The position numbers were made by a program, and so were the translations under genes. Below the pieces are notes generated by a model. It saw nothing but the letters and a program-made list of their open reading frames with translations, had not been told where the DNA came from and did no database searches. 64,000 nucleotides of DNA, from sequence record PP681140.1. One strand, given 5' to 3'. The stretch comes from Enterobacter phage EC152. Shown here piece after piece: positions 8,965 to 17,771 of this stretch (position 1 is the stretch's first letter; the number at the start of each line of letters is the position of its first letter).

Positions 8965-9151
8965 CGCTAAAATGGGCTAGGGTACAGCCTGGACGCAAAA
9001 CCGCTTAAAACGCGTTACAGGACGTTTAAAGGCTATATAAAAATAGCTTGACACGCAAAAACGGCTAAAAAGTAATTTCACCATGAAATCAATTGCATAG
9101 CGTTGCATAATCATTCAAATAGTGAATAATGTAAAGAAGTGTAAAGAGCTA

Positions 9152-9180
9152 TTGACGTGGTGATCTGCCTATAGTAATAT
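9152..9180 (+). promoter_or_regulatory. Sigma70-type promoter TTGACG-17-TAATAT
   Basis: Read directly; a second candidate TTGACA at 9048 has a 19-bp spacer. Confidence 0.55.
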
Positions 9181-9236
9181 TTATCTCGTAGGGCAAACAA
9201 ACGAAATCACACAAAACAGACTAAGAGGTAAATCAA

Positions 9237-9602
9237 ATGTTAAACGCTAAAACTGTTGCTCATGTTGGTTGGGATTCAAACGCGTATGAGGGTGAGTGGT
9301 GCGAAGATTACCGCCGTACTGAATGGGCTTACAAAATCCAGATCGAACTGGTAGACGGTTCACGCTTTTACCTTGATCAATCCTTACTGACTTCTGAAAC
9401 TCATGATTTTGAAGAAATCAAAGCTATTCAGGATCGCCGTGTAGCTCGCATTGAAAAACATTTGGCCGCTGGCGGTTCACTGAATGAAAAACACTGGTAC
9501 GAAACCGATCCGGCTTATGGCTCTGAAGCTTATCAGCGCCTGGATGATATGGGAGAGTTTAAAGCCCGTGAAGAAAAAGAGTTTCAACTGACCGGACGTT
9601 AA
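9237..9602 (+). CDS. Hypothetical early protein, 121 aa
   Basis: Shine-Dalgarno AAGAGGTAAA. Confidence 0.75.
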   Translation: MLNAKTVAHVGWDSNAYEGEWCEDYRRTEWAYKIQIELVDGSRFYLDQSLLTSETHDFEEIKAIQDRRVARIEKHLAAGGSLNEKHWYETDPAYGSEAYQRLDDMGEFKAREEKEFQLTGR

Positions 9603-9678
9603 CAGATTAAAAGGCGCTTGCAATGGTGAGCGCTTTTTGATAAATTAATGTCTCACCAAACAAATGAGGTAAACGGCA

Positions 9679-10002
9679 ATGACTAAAACAGAATTTTTCG
9701 CAATCATCACCGATCATCTGAAAAGCCTTAACGGTCAATTTAACGCTTTCGGTGAATATGTCGCCTTTGACGTTCCAAAATACACCGCCGCCGATCTTGC
9801 TCCTTATGAGTTCCACGAAGATCCGGAAAATTACGCTAAATGGAAAGCAGAAAACCCGGATTATCCCTGGGTAGCTCATGCGTCAGGCTATACTATGAAA
9901 AATTGCTGGTTAGTCGGCCTTATCAATCATCGCTCATATGAAGCCGCCACCAAACAAGCGAAGATTTTCGCACGTTGGATCGCTGAATACCAAACCAAAT
10001 AA
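9679..10002 (+). CDS. Hypothetical early protein, 107 aa
   Basis: Hairpin/terminator 9612-9638 then Shine-Dalgarno AATGAGGTAAAC. Confidence 0.7.
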   Translation: MTKTEFFAIITDHLKSLNGQFNAFGEYVAFDVPKYTAADLAPYEFHEDPENYAKWKAENPDYPWVAHASGYTMKNCWLVGLINHRSYEAATKQAKIFARWIAEYQTK

Positions 10003-10051
10003 ACCCACCGGGGGCGCTAGTCGCCCCGCTATCATATGAGAGGTAAACAAA

Positions 10052-10417
10052 ATGGATCTTAAGAAAATCAATCTTTTAGCCCTGAAAAAGGGTGATATGC
10101 TGTTTCGTGGGTCTTTGTGTGAAGTCCTGGAAATATCAGCGCCGTTTATGCGTGGCTATGGTTATGATAACCATTATTACAAGGCCGAAACGGTAGCGAT
10201 CAAATGTCAAGCCGTATATGATTACGATGTTAACTATTCAAAAGAAAGCGGCAAGCCATTAACGCCCCGTGAATATGTTTTTGATTATCCGATTGAATCA
10301 CAAGTGATGATCGTTACATCTGGCGAAACGGTCACCGTGACAAGCGCTACCGGGAATTTTGACGATAAAACAGGTCATTATCTGTTACCCGGTCAAACAA
10401 TTAATGTTATTGAGTGA
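10052..10417 (+). CDS. Hypothetical early protein, 121 aa
   Basis: Hairpin 10008-10027 followed by Shine-Dalgarno GAGAGGTAAAC. Confidence 0.75.
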   Translation: MDLKKINLLALKKGDMLFRGSLCEVLEISAPFMRGYGYDNHYYKAETVAIKCQAVYDYDVNYSKESGKPLTPREYVFDYPIESQVMIVTSGETVTVTSATGNFDDKTGHYLLPGQTINVIE

Positions 10418-10423
10418 TGACAA

Positions 10424-10687
10424 GTGATTAACCTTGTTTATCATGTGAGCAAAACCAACATTAGCCGGGCTATCTGCCTGGCTTGCTTGTTTGCTGTTTT
10501 GTCAAATGTTTTTTACGGTTGGCTGGCCTGCCTTGTGTTAAGTGACGCAACCGCCCAGACAGTTAACACCATGATCGATGTTTTGCAGCTTGCTTTATAT
10601 TGTGGTGTAAAGCTGTACAGATTTAAACGCCTGGACCGTTACGATCTACCTTTCATCATTGGCGGATCACTGGCTATTATGTTGTAA
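10424..10687 (+). CDS. Hydrophobic membrane protein, 87 aa, probable GTG start
   Basis: Strongly hydrophobic ORF directly after the previous stop. Confidence 0.5.
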   Translation: MINLVYHVSKTNISRAICLACLFAVLSNVFYGWLACLVLSDATAQTVNTMIDVLQLALYCGVKLYRFKRLDRYDLPFIIGGSLAIML

Positions 10688-10690
10688 GCT

Positions 10691-10714
10691 AGGCCGGGAT
10701 TATTCCCGGCTTTT
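10691..10714 (+). terminator. Rho-independent terminator ending the plus-strand early block (AGGCCGGGATTATTCCCGGCTTTT)
   Basis: GC hairpin followed by a T-run. Confidence 0.7.
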
Positions 10715-10786
10715 GCATATCATAACCCACACCAAACCACAACCCAAAATCTTTACCCGCTTTTATGTTGGTTGCAATATCGCAAC

Positions 10787-10801
10787 TGAGAATTATTCTC
10801 A
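10787..10801. promoter_or_regulatory. Perfect 15-bp palindrome TGAGAAT-T-ATTCTCA (operator-like)
   Basis: Same half-site as at 254-272 and 11716-11745. Confidence 0.5.
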
Positions 10802-10817
10802 CCAATCCCGTTGGCAA

Positions 10818-10848
10818 TTATGCAATAAAGTGAATTTAAAGAGATCTC
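10818..10848 (+). promoter_or_regulatory. Copy 4 of the TATGCAATAAAGTGAATTT motif, followed by the palindrome AAAGAGATCTCTTTAAAG (10839-10856); copy 5 lies at 10995-11020
   Basis: See copy 1. Confidence 0.45.
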
Positions 10849-11109
10849 TTTAAAGACATACAACGGCAAGCCTAACAGATAAACCCTCTCAAAACGCGTT
10901 ATATTGCGTTTAATCGTGTATCATTACCCGCCTTTGACTCACTCACACCCCAAAAATGATAACGCAGGTTATCAAGTGAATAAACACTGTGTTTTTATGC
11001 AAATTGAGTGAATACGAAGCAAAAACCCTGAAATGATAACTTTTCTCATCTAACCTATTGTGTGAACTGTCTTTTTTGAGCATAGAAATCATTTTCTGTC
11101 AATAAAAAT

Positions 11110-11360
11110 ATCGTTCGCGTAATCGTGGGGAGTGGCGCGAGCGGAGCGAGCGACACAATAACACGAAGGGTAACTCAAACGATAATAAATATCGTTTTCG
11201 TTCGCGTTATCGTGGCTCGTTAGCGCCTAAGCGTTAACAGACAGGATGACTAGAATGATGAATAATTAACAATGCAACTATTACATAGTTGAAGTATTTT
11301 ATAACCTCGCCACGATAACACCGATTAGCTGATCGCTAATCGCCCTCGTGTTATTGTGTC
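11110..11360. repeat. Nested inverted and direct repeats. A 15-bp perfect inverted repeat GACACAATAACACGA sits at 11152-11166 and 11346-11360. The direct repeat TATCGTTCGCGT(A/T)ATCGTGG sits at 11110-11129 and 11197-11216, with its inverse CCACGATAAC at 11311-11320. The palindrome GATTAGC-tgatc-GCTAATC sits at 11323-11341.
   Basis: Read directly; the region is non-coding and lies where transcription polarity switches. Confidence 0.6.
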
Positions 11361-11715
11361 GCCAGGTTATGAAGATCAAAGGCATTTAATTAGCCTTTAA
11401 TGGTTGACAAACCATGATTAATAGAACTGTAAACCAGGCCGCTGGCCTGCTAATTGCTGGTTTTCTTGAGCATGAAAAGGTGTGCGAAGCTGGCTAACTG
11501 TCAAGTGTTTTATTGATAGGAAAAGTCTATTAAAGCCAGGCGTAGCAAGGCCTGATGATAACTATTCGCATATGAGAATGATAAAGATTGTATGCCCAAA
11601 ACCATGTAATTGCTAAACACATTTTTCCCTCTGTGTCAAGCTTTTTATGACAGATTTACAAAATATTTTCCATTTGAGAATGGTTTTCATTTCGAAACTG
11701 AAATCGAAATCGTAT

Positions 11716-11745
11716 TCAGAATGATTATCATTTGCATTCTCATCG
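11716..11745. promoter_or_regulatory. Operator-like element AGAATGATTATCATTTGCATTCTCATC (palindrome AATGAT-T-ATCATT plus a GCATTCTCAT box)
   Basis: Same boxes as at 254-296. Confidence 0.45.
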
Positions 11746-12252
11746 ACAAAACACCCCACAAAGTGAATAATAACAGGTGTAAACTGTCATGGTAGTAACA
11801 TGTGGCAGGCTATTGGTTGTTATGTGGTATGGTTCGCTGATGCAATGATAACATATGTGACTATATGGCCTGTCGCCCGGTGATCTGTGGTGCGCATAAC
11901 GTGTATTATGTTAAATGGACTCATTCACACAAATATAAGCAAGTCAAGAGCAAATCGTGCGGTAACAGGTGTAAACTGTCACATTGCTAATAGTTGCACT
12001 TGTAATCATTAGTTTCGTTGCGAAATCATCATGCAATCATCGTGCCAAGAACTCGATGGGGTCTCGTGGTCAGACCTCTCAGATATTTTGTAAAGATCCT
12101 TGACAACCCGGAGGGGCTGTGATTGTCCGTCTAACACATCAGACATAGAGATTGCGCCCAGAAACACCCTGTCCCTTGGCCTTGCCACCCTCCGGGATTG
12201 TGTGGGATATTTTCGTGCCAGAACACATAAAGAGAGGGGCCTGTTTACGTTT

Positions 12253-12282
12253 CCCTCCGGGCGGGGGAGGGGGTCATTTTGT
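12253..12282 (+). terminator. Strong GC hairpin CCCTCC-gggcggg-GGAGGG followed by a T-rich tract (terminator-like) inside a GC-rich structured non-coding stretch
   Basis: Read directly; surrounding ORFs lack a ribosome-binding site. Confidence 0.3.
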
Positions 12283-12434
12283 GGGGAAATACATGTTAAT
12301 GAAATGTACATACAATCACGCAGGGGTGGTGTTTGTTTCGTGCAGCCTCAGCACCTATTGCTGTGTAAAGAATAGCAGGGCTGACTCTTCAGGTCAACCC
12401 ATTTGTGTGGTTTGTGTGTTTAATCGGAGCTATA

Positions 12435-12791
12435 CTACCACCGACGATATCTGTTGTGTTCCAACTGAGCTTCTCTGATCATGCACCAGAGCACTCGACT
12501 GTCGTAGCAACCAAGATCTTTAAGCTCTTGTTGTGTGGCTCTCAACTGTTCGTAGAAGTGCAACTTCAGGTCGCCACTGTTTATGAGGATAACCCCAAGA
12601 AGTGATTTTGCATAGTCCCACAACCACTTCACTCTTCGCTCTCTGGCTTCAGATTTCTTGTGTGGGTAGTTCTTTATGTGCGCCCGTTTTGCAGGCGCTT
12701 TTACAACCTTCTGGAAAGACATGTGCTCTCCTATTTTGTAAGATGTGTCGTTTGATAACGGATATAGTCTGGCGAATGCTCTCGCTTCCAT
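12435..12791 (-). CDS. Hypothetical protein, 118 aa, basic
   Basis: Last ORF of the long leftward gene cluster. Confidence 0.5.
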   Translation of the reverse strand: MEARAFARLYPLSNDTSYKIGEHMSFQKVVKAPAKRAHIKNYPHKKSEARERRVKWLWDYAKSLLGVILINSGDLKLHFYEQLRATQQELKDLGCYDSRVLWCMIREAQLEHNRYRRW

Positions 12792-12970
12792 TTCTCAATT
12801 CCCTTCAGGCAGTCCTTCTCTGAGGAGAATTTTAATTCATGCCAGATCCCGTGGTCTGCCTTTGGGACGTGATTCCACACAGACCAGAAGAAAAGAAATG
12901 GAACCTTGACATAGGCGTACCACACATCTGTAGCTGTGTCGTGAACTATCTTGAACTCATGCTCTTTCAT
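12731..12970 (-). CDS. Hypothetical protein, 79 aa
   Basis: ORF on the minus strand. Confidence 0.45.
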   Translation of the reverse strand: MKEHEFKIVHDTATDVWYAYVKVPFLFFWSVWNHVPKADHGIWHELKFSSEKDCLKGIEKWKREHSPDYIRYQTTHLTK

Positions 12971-12980
12971 TGTGTGCTCC

Positions 12981-13163
12981 TTATAAAATCATGGTGACAA
13001 CCATAGCCTGTTGTGTGGTCAACAGCATGGCAGTATTGGTGGTTCCTGAACCGGAAGAGGGTGTGTCGTCATCGTCGTCATCGTTACTCAAAAACACCCA
13101 GAGGGCCAATCCGATAAGGACCGCAACAACCAACAGCAGGACCATAAACACTACAATTTCCAT
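12981..13163 (-). CDS. Small membrane protein, 60 aa, with an acidic DDDDDD tail
   Basis: Hydrophobic N-terminus; a second 37-aa transmembrane peptide ORF lies at about 13167-13280. Confidence 0.45.
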   Translation of the reverse strand: MEIVVFMVLLLVVAVLIGLALWVFLSNDDDDDDTPSSGSGTTNTAMLLTTQQAMVVTMIL

Positions 13164-13523
13164 AGTTAATCCTTCTCAGCCACTGGTCCAACAGCTATGT
13201 ACAGCATCATCCCGACAGGGATAAGGATCAGGATTGATGCAACAAGCACACCCAGCAATAAGAAACCTGTGTCGTCCATAAAATTCTCCTCGTGTAATTG
13301 ATAGAAGGAGTATAATCGACATGCCTGTTTACGTCAAGGGAATTGATGTGCCACTTTAGATAAAAGAAAAGGAGCCTCTTCAGGCTCCCTTATTGTGTGA
13401 GGATGTGTAGGGCTATCAGTGGGAAAGCTATGACTAATGCAAGGATTAACCAACGGGCAGCGTAGTCTCTCCACGTCCATAGTAGGTACTTGAAGTCATC
13501 TGGGTGGTTGTGGAATCCCATGA

Positions 13524-13808
13524 TTATAGCCTCATCCAGGTTTGGTAGTCAGCTTCTGTGTAGTGGTCATCCCTTGCAACCTTTTGTGATGGAGCAGGGT
13601 TCTTCGCAGCAGCCTCCATGATGCCTCGTGGGTCCGGATCTTCAATCAACCCTTTGTGTTCGTCACAGGCGTAATGTTTGTACCAGTCACGCAGGTGCCA
13701 GGGTGGTGCATATCTCGTCATAACCGTGCAGCGTCTACGAATGCCAAGAGCCTTACAGAATTTGCAGTAGGTTATGGGTTTGCATTTCTTCAGTGGGATA
13801 TCTTTCAT
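13524..13808 (-). CDS. Cys-rich small protein, about 94 aa, putative zinc-binding
   Basis: CKPITYCKFC...C...C..H pattern. Confidence 0.45.
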   Translation of the reverse strand: MKDIPLKKCKPITYCKFCKALGIRRRCTVMTRYAPPWHLRDWYKHYACDEHKGLIEDPDPRGIMEAAAKNPAPSQKVARDDHYTEADYQTWMRL

Positions 13809-13810
13809 GG

Positions 13811-14002
13811 TTACCCCTGAAACGGATTGAAGAGCACACACATTGCGAAGTTGAAGAGTGTCAGCAACTGCACTGGCAACATCCACCAACGCCAGCCTTC
13901 AGGGAAGAACTGGACCATGCTCCGCATTCCAACAAACTCTAAGTTCAGTCGCACGGCGATCACAAACCACAATACCCAAAGCACAACCATTAGTGCTGAC
14001 AT
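13811..14002 (-). CDS. Membrane protein, 63 aa
   Basis: Two hydrophobic segments. Confidence 0.5.
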   Translation of the reverse strand: MSALMVVLWVLWFVIAVRLNLEFVGMRSMVQFFPEGWRWWMLPVQLLTLFNFAMCVLFNPFQG

Positions 14003-14409
14003 TTCGTATCCTCCATTTTTACAAACTTGATCCGCTCCTTAAATTTCTGCATGAGTTCTCTGTTGCTTGAGCTTTCCATGAACTCTTCCATAATGTCGTC
14101 CAGACGCTCTTTGTGCTTGGCATCCATCACGAACAGCAGATGCTCGTCCTCTGATCGCATACGACTCATAGAGTAACGAAAGTTCTCGTAGGTCAGATCT
14201 GCACCAGGCTCAATGATGATACCGCTGAACCGGATTCCGCAGATTGCCATGCGGAGTTCTCGCTTATCGCTGACAAAGTAGTAGGCCTTCAGGTACTCTT
14301 GTCTGCGGTGAAGCTCTGCCTGTGAGACGCTACCCTCTTTGTAGACAACCATCAAACGCTCATGGCGTTCGTGGAGAAAGTATTCGTTCAGCATGTCGTA
14401 ATCAATCAT
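13990..14409 (-). CDS. Hypothetical protein, 139 aa
   Basis: ORF with ATGA coupling. Confidence 0.6.
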   Translation of the reverse strand: MIDYDMLNEYFLHERHERLMVVYKEGSVSQAELHRRQEYLKAYYFVSDKRELRMAICGIRFSGIIIEPGADLTYENFRYSMSRMRSEDEHLLFVMDAKHKERLDDIMEEFMESSSNRELMQKFKERIKFVKMEDTKCQH

Positions 14410-14660
14410 ATATCTACCTCAAAAGCAACAATTATAAAAGCGAAGAACATCCCCAGCGGAGTGCCTAGCCAGCAGGCAGCAACAAGGGGGATGAGCATCT
14501 CCATGAAGGAGTACCTGTCCCAAATCTCTGCGAACGAAAGTCCGTCTTCCGACATCAGAATGTAAATCATACCAGGATACATCAGGAGAATATAGACCCC
14601 GATGACACACAGGATGGTTCTACCCGCAGTGACTAGCTCGTTTTCATCACAAAGCTTCAT
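14406..14660 (-). CDS. Membrane protein, 84 aa
   Basis: Hydrophobic. Confidence 0.55.
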   Translation of the reverse strand: MKLCDENELVTAGRTILCVIGVYILLMYPGMIYILMSEDGLSFAEIWDRYSFMEMLIPLVAACWLGTPLGMFFAFIIVAFEVDI

Positions 14661-15046
14661 AGGAAATCCCAGGCATCATTCCAGCCTTCATCGTACTCAG
14701 TGTTTACGACACCAAGGGGACCACGGTAACCGTCTGGTGGCACTGACCCGGTGTGGTGCTTAATGCTGTCGTTCCATCCACGGGCATATTCCTCTGACCG
14801 CCTTCCCTCATAGAGGTGTGTCGTTTCATACGCCTTCTGAATTTCCTGTAGAGCAGCGATCAGTTTAGGCAAATCTGAAACATCACACAACAGGATAAAA
14901 TCGTCTTCATCCTTCCTGTCAGGGGAGTAGTTTGGTTGACTGAGGCTCACAGTTCGGTGAGAAGGGGAGTACACCCCCGTTCCGGTAATGGTTACATCAG
15001 CGACAGTGCCTTCAATAGCTTTGATCAGATCATCAGTTATTCTCAT
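14657..15046 (-). CDS. Hypothetical protein, about 130 aa
   Basis: Track ORF 14657-15187 trimmed at the upstream neighbour. Confidence 0.5.
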   Translation of the reverse strand: MRITDDLIKAIEGTVADVTITGTGVYSPSHRTVSLSQPNYSPDRKDEDDFILLCDVSDLPKLIAALQEIQKAYETTHLYEGRRSEEYARGWNDSIKHHTGSVPPDGYRGPLGVVNTEYDEGWNDAWDFL

Positions 15047-15269
15047 CTTTGTCTCCGAAAAGAAGGATGAACTCAACAGCAGCATTCCATCCGGAGCAGT
15101 ACGGATCGACACCACGGAGTTTTCCGGCATTGCTTTTGATGTTGTGCCTTTCCATAAGGCAGGCGCACCAACCCGCACCAGCCTCAATCATCTCCGAGGT
15201 TAACTGGAATCGGGTCTGGCGTATCCACCACGCCTGGAATTCTTTGGTGTGCATATCTAGGGTATTCAT
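15033..15269 (-). CDS. Hypothetical protein, 78 aa
   Basis: ORF on the minus strand. Confidence 0.5.
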   Translation of the reverse strand: MNTLDMHTKEFQAWWIRQTRFQLTSEMIEAGAGWCACLMERHNIKSNAGKLRGVDPYCSGWNAAVEFILLFGDKDENN

Positions 15270-15493
15270 ACGGTGTACTCAACGTTGACCTGGGTTAACT
15301 GAACCTGTTGCATTAGCGGCAGAGCCACAATGCACGCGTTACGAAGATTAACGGCTGTGATAAACCCCTTATAATACCCTATGGTTGATTCACACACCAT
15401 GTGAGGATAACCATCAAACAGAAAACCATCACCGACCGAAAGGGAGTGGAGGCTCACACTTGTTTTTTCTTTTTCTATAACATTAACTTTCAT
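15266..15493 (-). CDS. Hypothetical protein, 75 aa
   Basis: ATGA coupling. Confidence 0.5.
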   Translation of the reverse strand: MKVNVIEKEKTSVSLHSLSVGDGFLFDGYPHMVCESTIGYYKGFITAVNLRNACIVALPLMQQVQLTQVNVEYTV

Positions 15494-15728
15494 TCATTAT
15501 CTCCGGTTTTGTTATGAATTTGGAAACATCTTTCCCACAGGTGTCACAGAGGAACCTTTTCCCACCAGAGACAACTTTGTTACTCGATGTTCCATACGGA
15601 ACGCCGTTGAAGTCTACCGTCAGATCATACCTCTCAGTAATCACCGTAGATGCAGAGTCACACCCACAGTAAGGACAGCAATCAAGCATCAGGGAACCGC
15701 CTTTTAAACTCGCGTTCTGCACACTCAA
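15483..15728 (-). CDS. Zinc-ribbon protein, 81 aa (CCPYCGC...CDTCGKD)
   Basis: Two CxxC pairs. Confidence 0.55.
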   Translation of the reverse strand: MSVQNASLKGGSLMLDCCPYCGCDSASTVITERYDLTVDFNGVPYGTSSNKVVSGGKRFLCDTCGKDVSKFITKPEIMNES

Positions 15729-16348
15729 TCCACTTACGAACCTGGCTACGTCCTTTTATGGCCTCCGGTTCTGGGTGGTCAATAAGAAATCGCCTTCCGT
15801 GCTCAACATGTTGCCGAAGTTCTTCGTCATCCATATCTTTTACATAATCTTCATGTGTCATTTTGTATCCTCAGCTTGTAAAGAAAATAAAGAAACCCCA
15901 TACCACGCTTCCAATGGCAAAGACCATGACGAAGTACAGGAAGCACAACAGGTACTCGCTCATCGGCTTCATGATAATGCTGCCGCCAGGATGAGTAACC
16001 AAACACAAATAAATGACACTACACACATAATCACCCCAAGTACACCGAACAGGTACTCAGTGTCAGTCATCTTTTTCGTTTTCGGTGTGTTCCAGCGATG
16101 AGCTTTCATCAGAATCCAGCCTCCTGCGCCAGAGCTGTCAGAAATGCACCAGTCAGGAACCAGTTGAACATGGCGAGGTAAGCATTGAACGAGGACTTAC
16201 CTTTAATACCGAGGCTGGTATTGATTACCGCCGCAACGAGGTTCAGGGCGAATGCAATAAGTGTAGCTGTCTGCATGTTTCTTTTCTCCTTTATGGATCT
16301 GTTTTGTATGCAAAGATTTTAAGCCAGTCGTAACTGGCTGTCAAGCGA

Positions 16349-16594
16349 TTACCACAAAATAACACGACCCTGTTCGAGGGTTCGTTTCATTCCGAAGATA
16401 TCGGCATCAATGCACATGACAATCACATCCCGATCAAATGCTGACATGCCTTCTTCCCGGTTGGCCTGAGCTTCAGCGGCTAGCGCATCCTCATCTGCAC
16501 GGTACGCTTCGAGTTCACGGATCTCTTTCTCGATCCACTCGCGTTCTTCCTGGGTAATCGGCGTTCCACGACGCTCATCAATAAAAATATTCAT
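16349..16594 (-). CDS. Hypothetical acidic protein, 81 aa
   Basis: ORF on the minus strand. Confidence 0.5.
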   Translation of the reverse strand: MNIFIDERRGTPITQEEREWIEKEIRELEAYRADEDALAAEAQANREEGMSAFDRDVIVMCIDADIFGMKRTLEQGRVILW

Positions 16595-16690
16595 AAAAAC
16601 CCTCTTTTAAAAGCGTGTCATCTCAGATGGTACGCGTGTTATGAAAATCCCCTATTGGATTTTTGCGGCGCTGCCTGACGGCAGCAAGTA

Positions 16691-16885
16691 TTAACCTAAG
16701 CGAACGACTTTGCTTTTAAAAGCGTCTTTTTTCTTCTCTATCTCAACCCATTTAACAGCCAATTCCTCACGGCTGTGCTGACTAAGTTCAAACCAGAAGG
16801 GCCACCACACAGGACGAAATTGCACCAAAAACAACTCGTTCCCACCACCGCTAATGGCTGTGATGATGCGATATTTGTACTTCAT
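16691..16885 (-). CDS. Hypothetical protein, 64 aa
   Basis: ORF on the minus strand. Confidence 0.4.
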   Translation of the reverse strand: MKYKYRIITAISGGGNELFLVQFRPVWWPFWFELSQHSREELAVKWVEIEKKKDAFKSKVVRLG

Positions 16886-17055
16886 CGATCTTTCCTCTTA
16901 GATTCATGTGCCAGGTGTACCCAAGCCCAGAAGGGCAGGCCCCTCAAACCAACACCCACCATAACGAGCAGGAAGATGATTGTTAAAATTGTGTCCATAG
17001 TGTCTCCTTTTATTGTCTAAGAGGAGCGTAACAGCTATTCATCACGTTGTCAACA

Positions 17056-17078
17056 ACAAAAAAGGCCCCGAAGGGCCT
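17056..17078 (-). terminator. Rho-independent terminator (GGCCCTTCGGGGCC followed by a T6 run on the minus strand)
   Basis: Hairpin plus T-run immediately downstream of the stop of 17078-17731. Confidence 0.75.
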
Positions 17079-17731
17079 TAATCAAGAATAAATGGTGCTG
17101 TTGGAACAGAGAAGTTGCCACTATACCTAGCAACCTTACTAATCCTGATTTGGTCCATGTATGCAAACGCCGTGGCCTCTCCATATCCGATCCGGGCATA
17201 GCCGGATGGGAGACTCCAACCACCGGAAGCAAACCCAGCCCCTGTCACAGCGGTTGACCCGTTGATATAGAGTTTTGTTGTTCCGTCCTTGTTGACGATC
17301 GCTATGTGCGCCCAGGTTGACAAAGGCCAGAAGTTTGAGTTAAAACTCAGATACCTCAACTGGTCCTGTAAGTAGACTACACTTTGGTATACCTTCAGGC
17401 AACTTTGTGTTCCTGTGCCAAAATACAACCACCATGAGGATGCAACACTAGAGTTCTTGCACCAGAATTCGATGGTGTAGTCATCCGTTGGCCCAAAAAC
17501 GAGGTCTGTTTTGTTCGCTGCCATCATTTCAAAATAACTTGCAGCAGACAGGCAATCAAACTGCTTGTTGTTGAACTTTGCTGTTGTGGTGGTGGTGACT
17601 GCTGCCACTTTAGAGAACACCCTGTCACTTTTTGCCTGGTCAACACCCCCTTTATCTGCCTGTAAGAGCAGGAGTGTCTTATTACCCACAATGGGGGCAT
17701 TTTTACCCGCTGTTAACATTGCTTCAAACAT
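17078..17731 (-). CDS. LamG/concanavalin-A-like lectin-fold protein, paralog 1, 217 aa
   Basis: N-terminal MxExML motif and the beta-sandwich signature ...WAHIAIVNKDGTTKLYINGS... shared with 21740-22354 and 22907-23560. Confidence 0.7.
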   Translation of the reverse strand: MFEAMLTAGKNAPIVGNKTLLLLQADKGGVDQAKSDRVFSKVAAVTTTTTAKFNNKQFDCLSAASYFEMMAANKTDLVFGPTDDYTIEFWCKNSSVASSWWLYFGTGTQSCLKVYQSVVYLQDQLRYLSFNSNFWPLSTWAHIAIVNKDGTTKLYINGSTAVTGAGFASGGWSLPSGYARIGYGEATAFAYMDQIRISKVARYSGNFSVPTAPFILD

Positions 17732-17771
17732 TATTTTTCTCCTATTTGTAAACCTTTATTTTATCACAAAA

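Noticed and set aside
12100-12478. ORFs 12100-12375 and 12152-12478 in the GC-rich segment
   Set aside because: Overlapping frames, Gly/Arg/Cys-rich low-complexity translations, no ribosome-binding site; treated as non-coding or structured RNA
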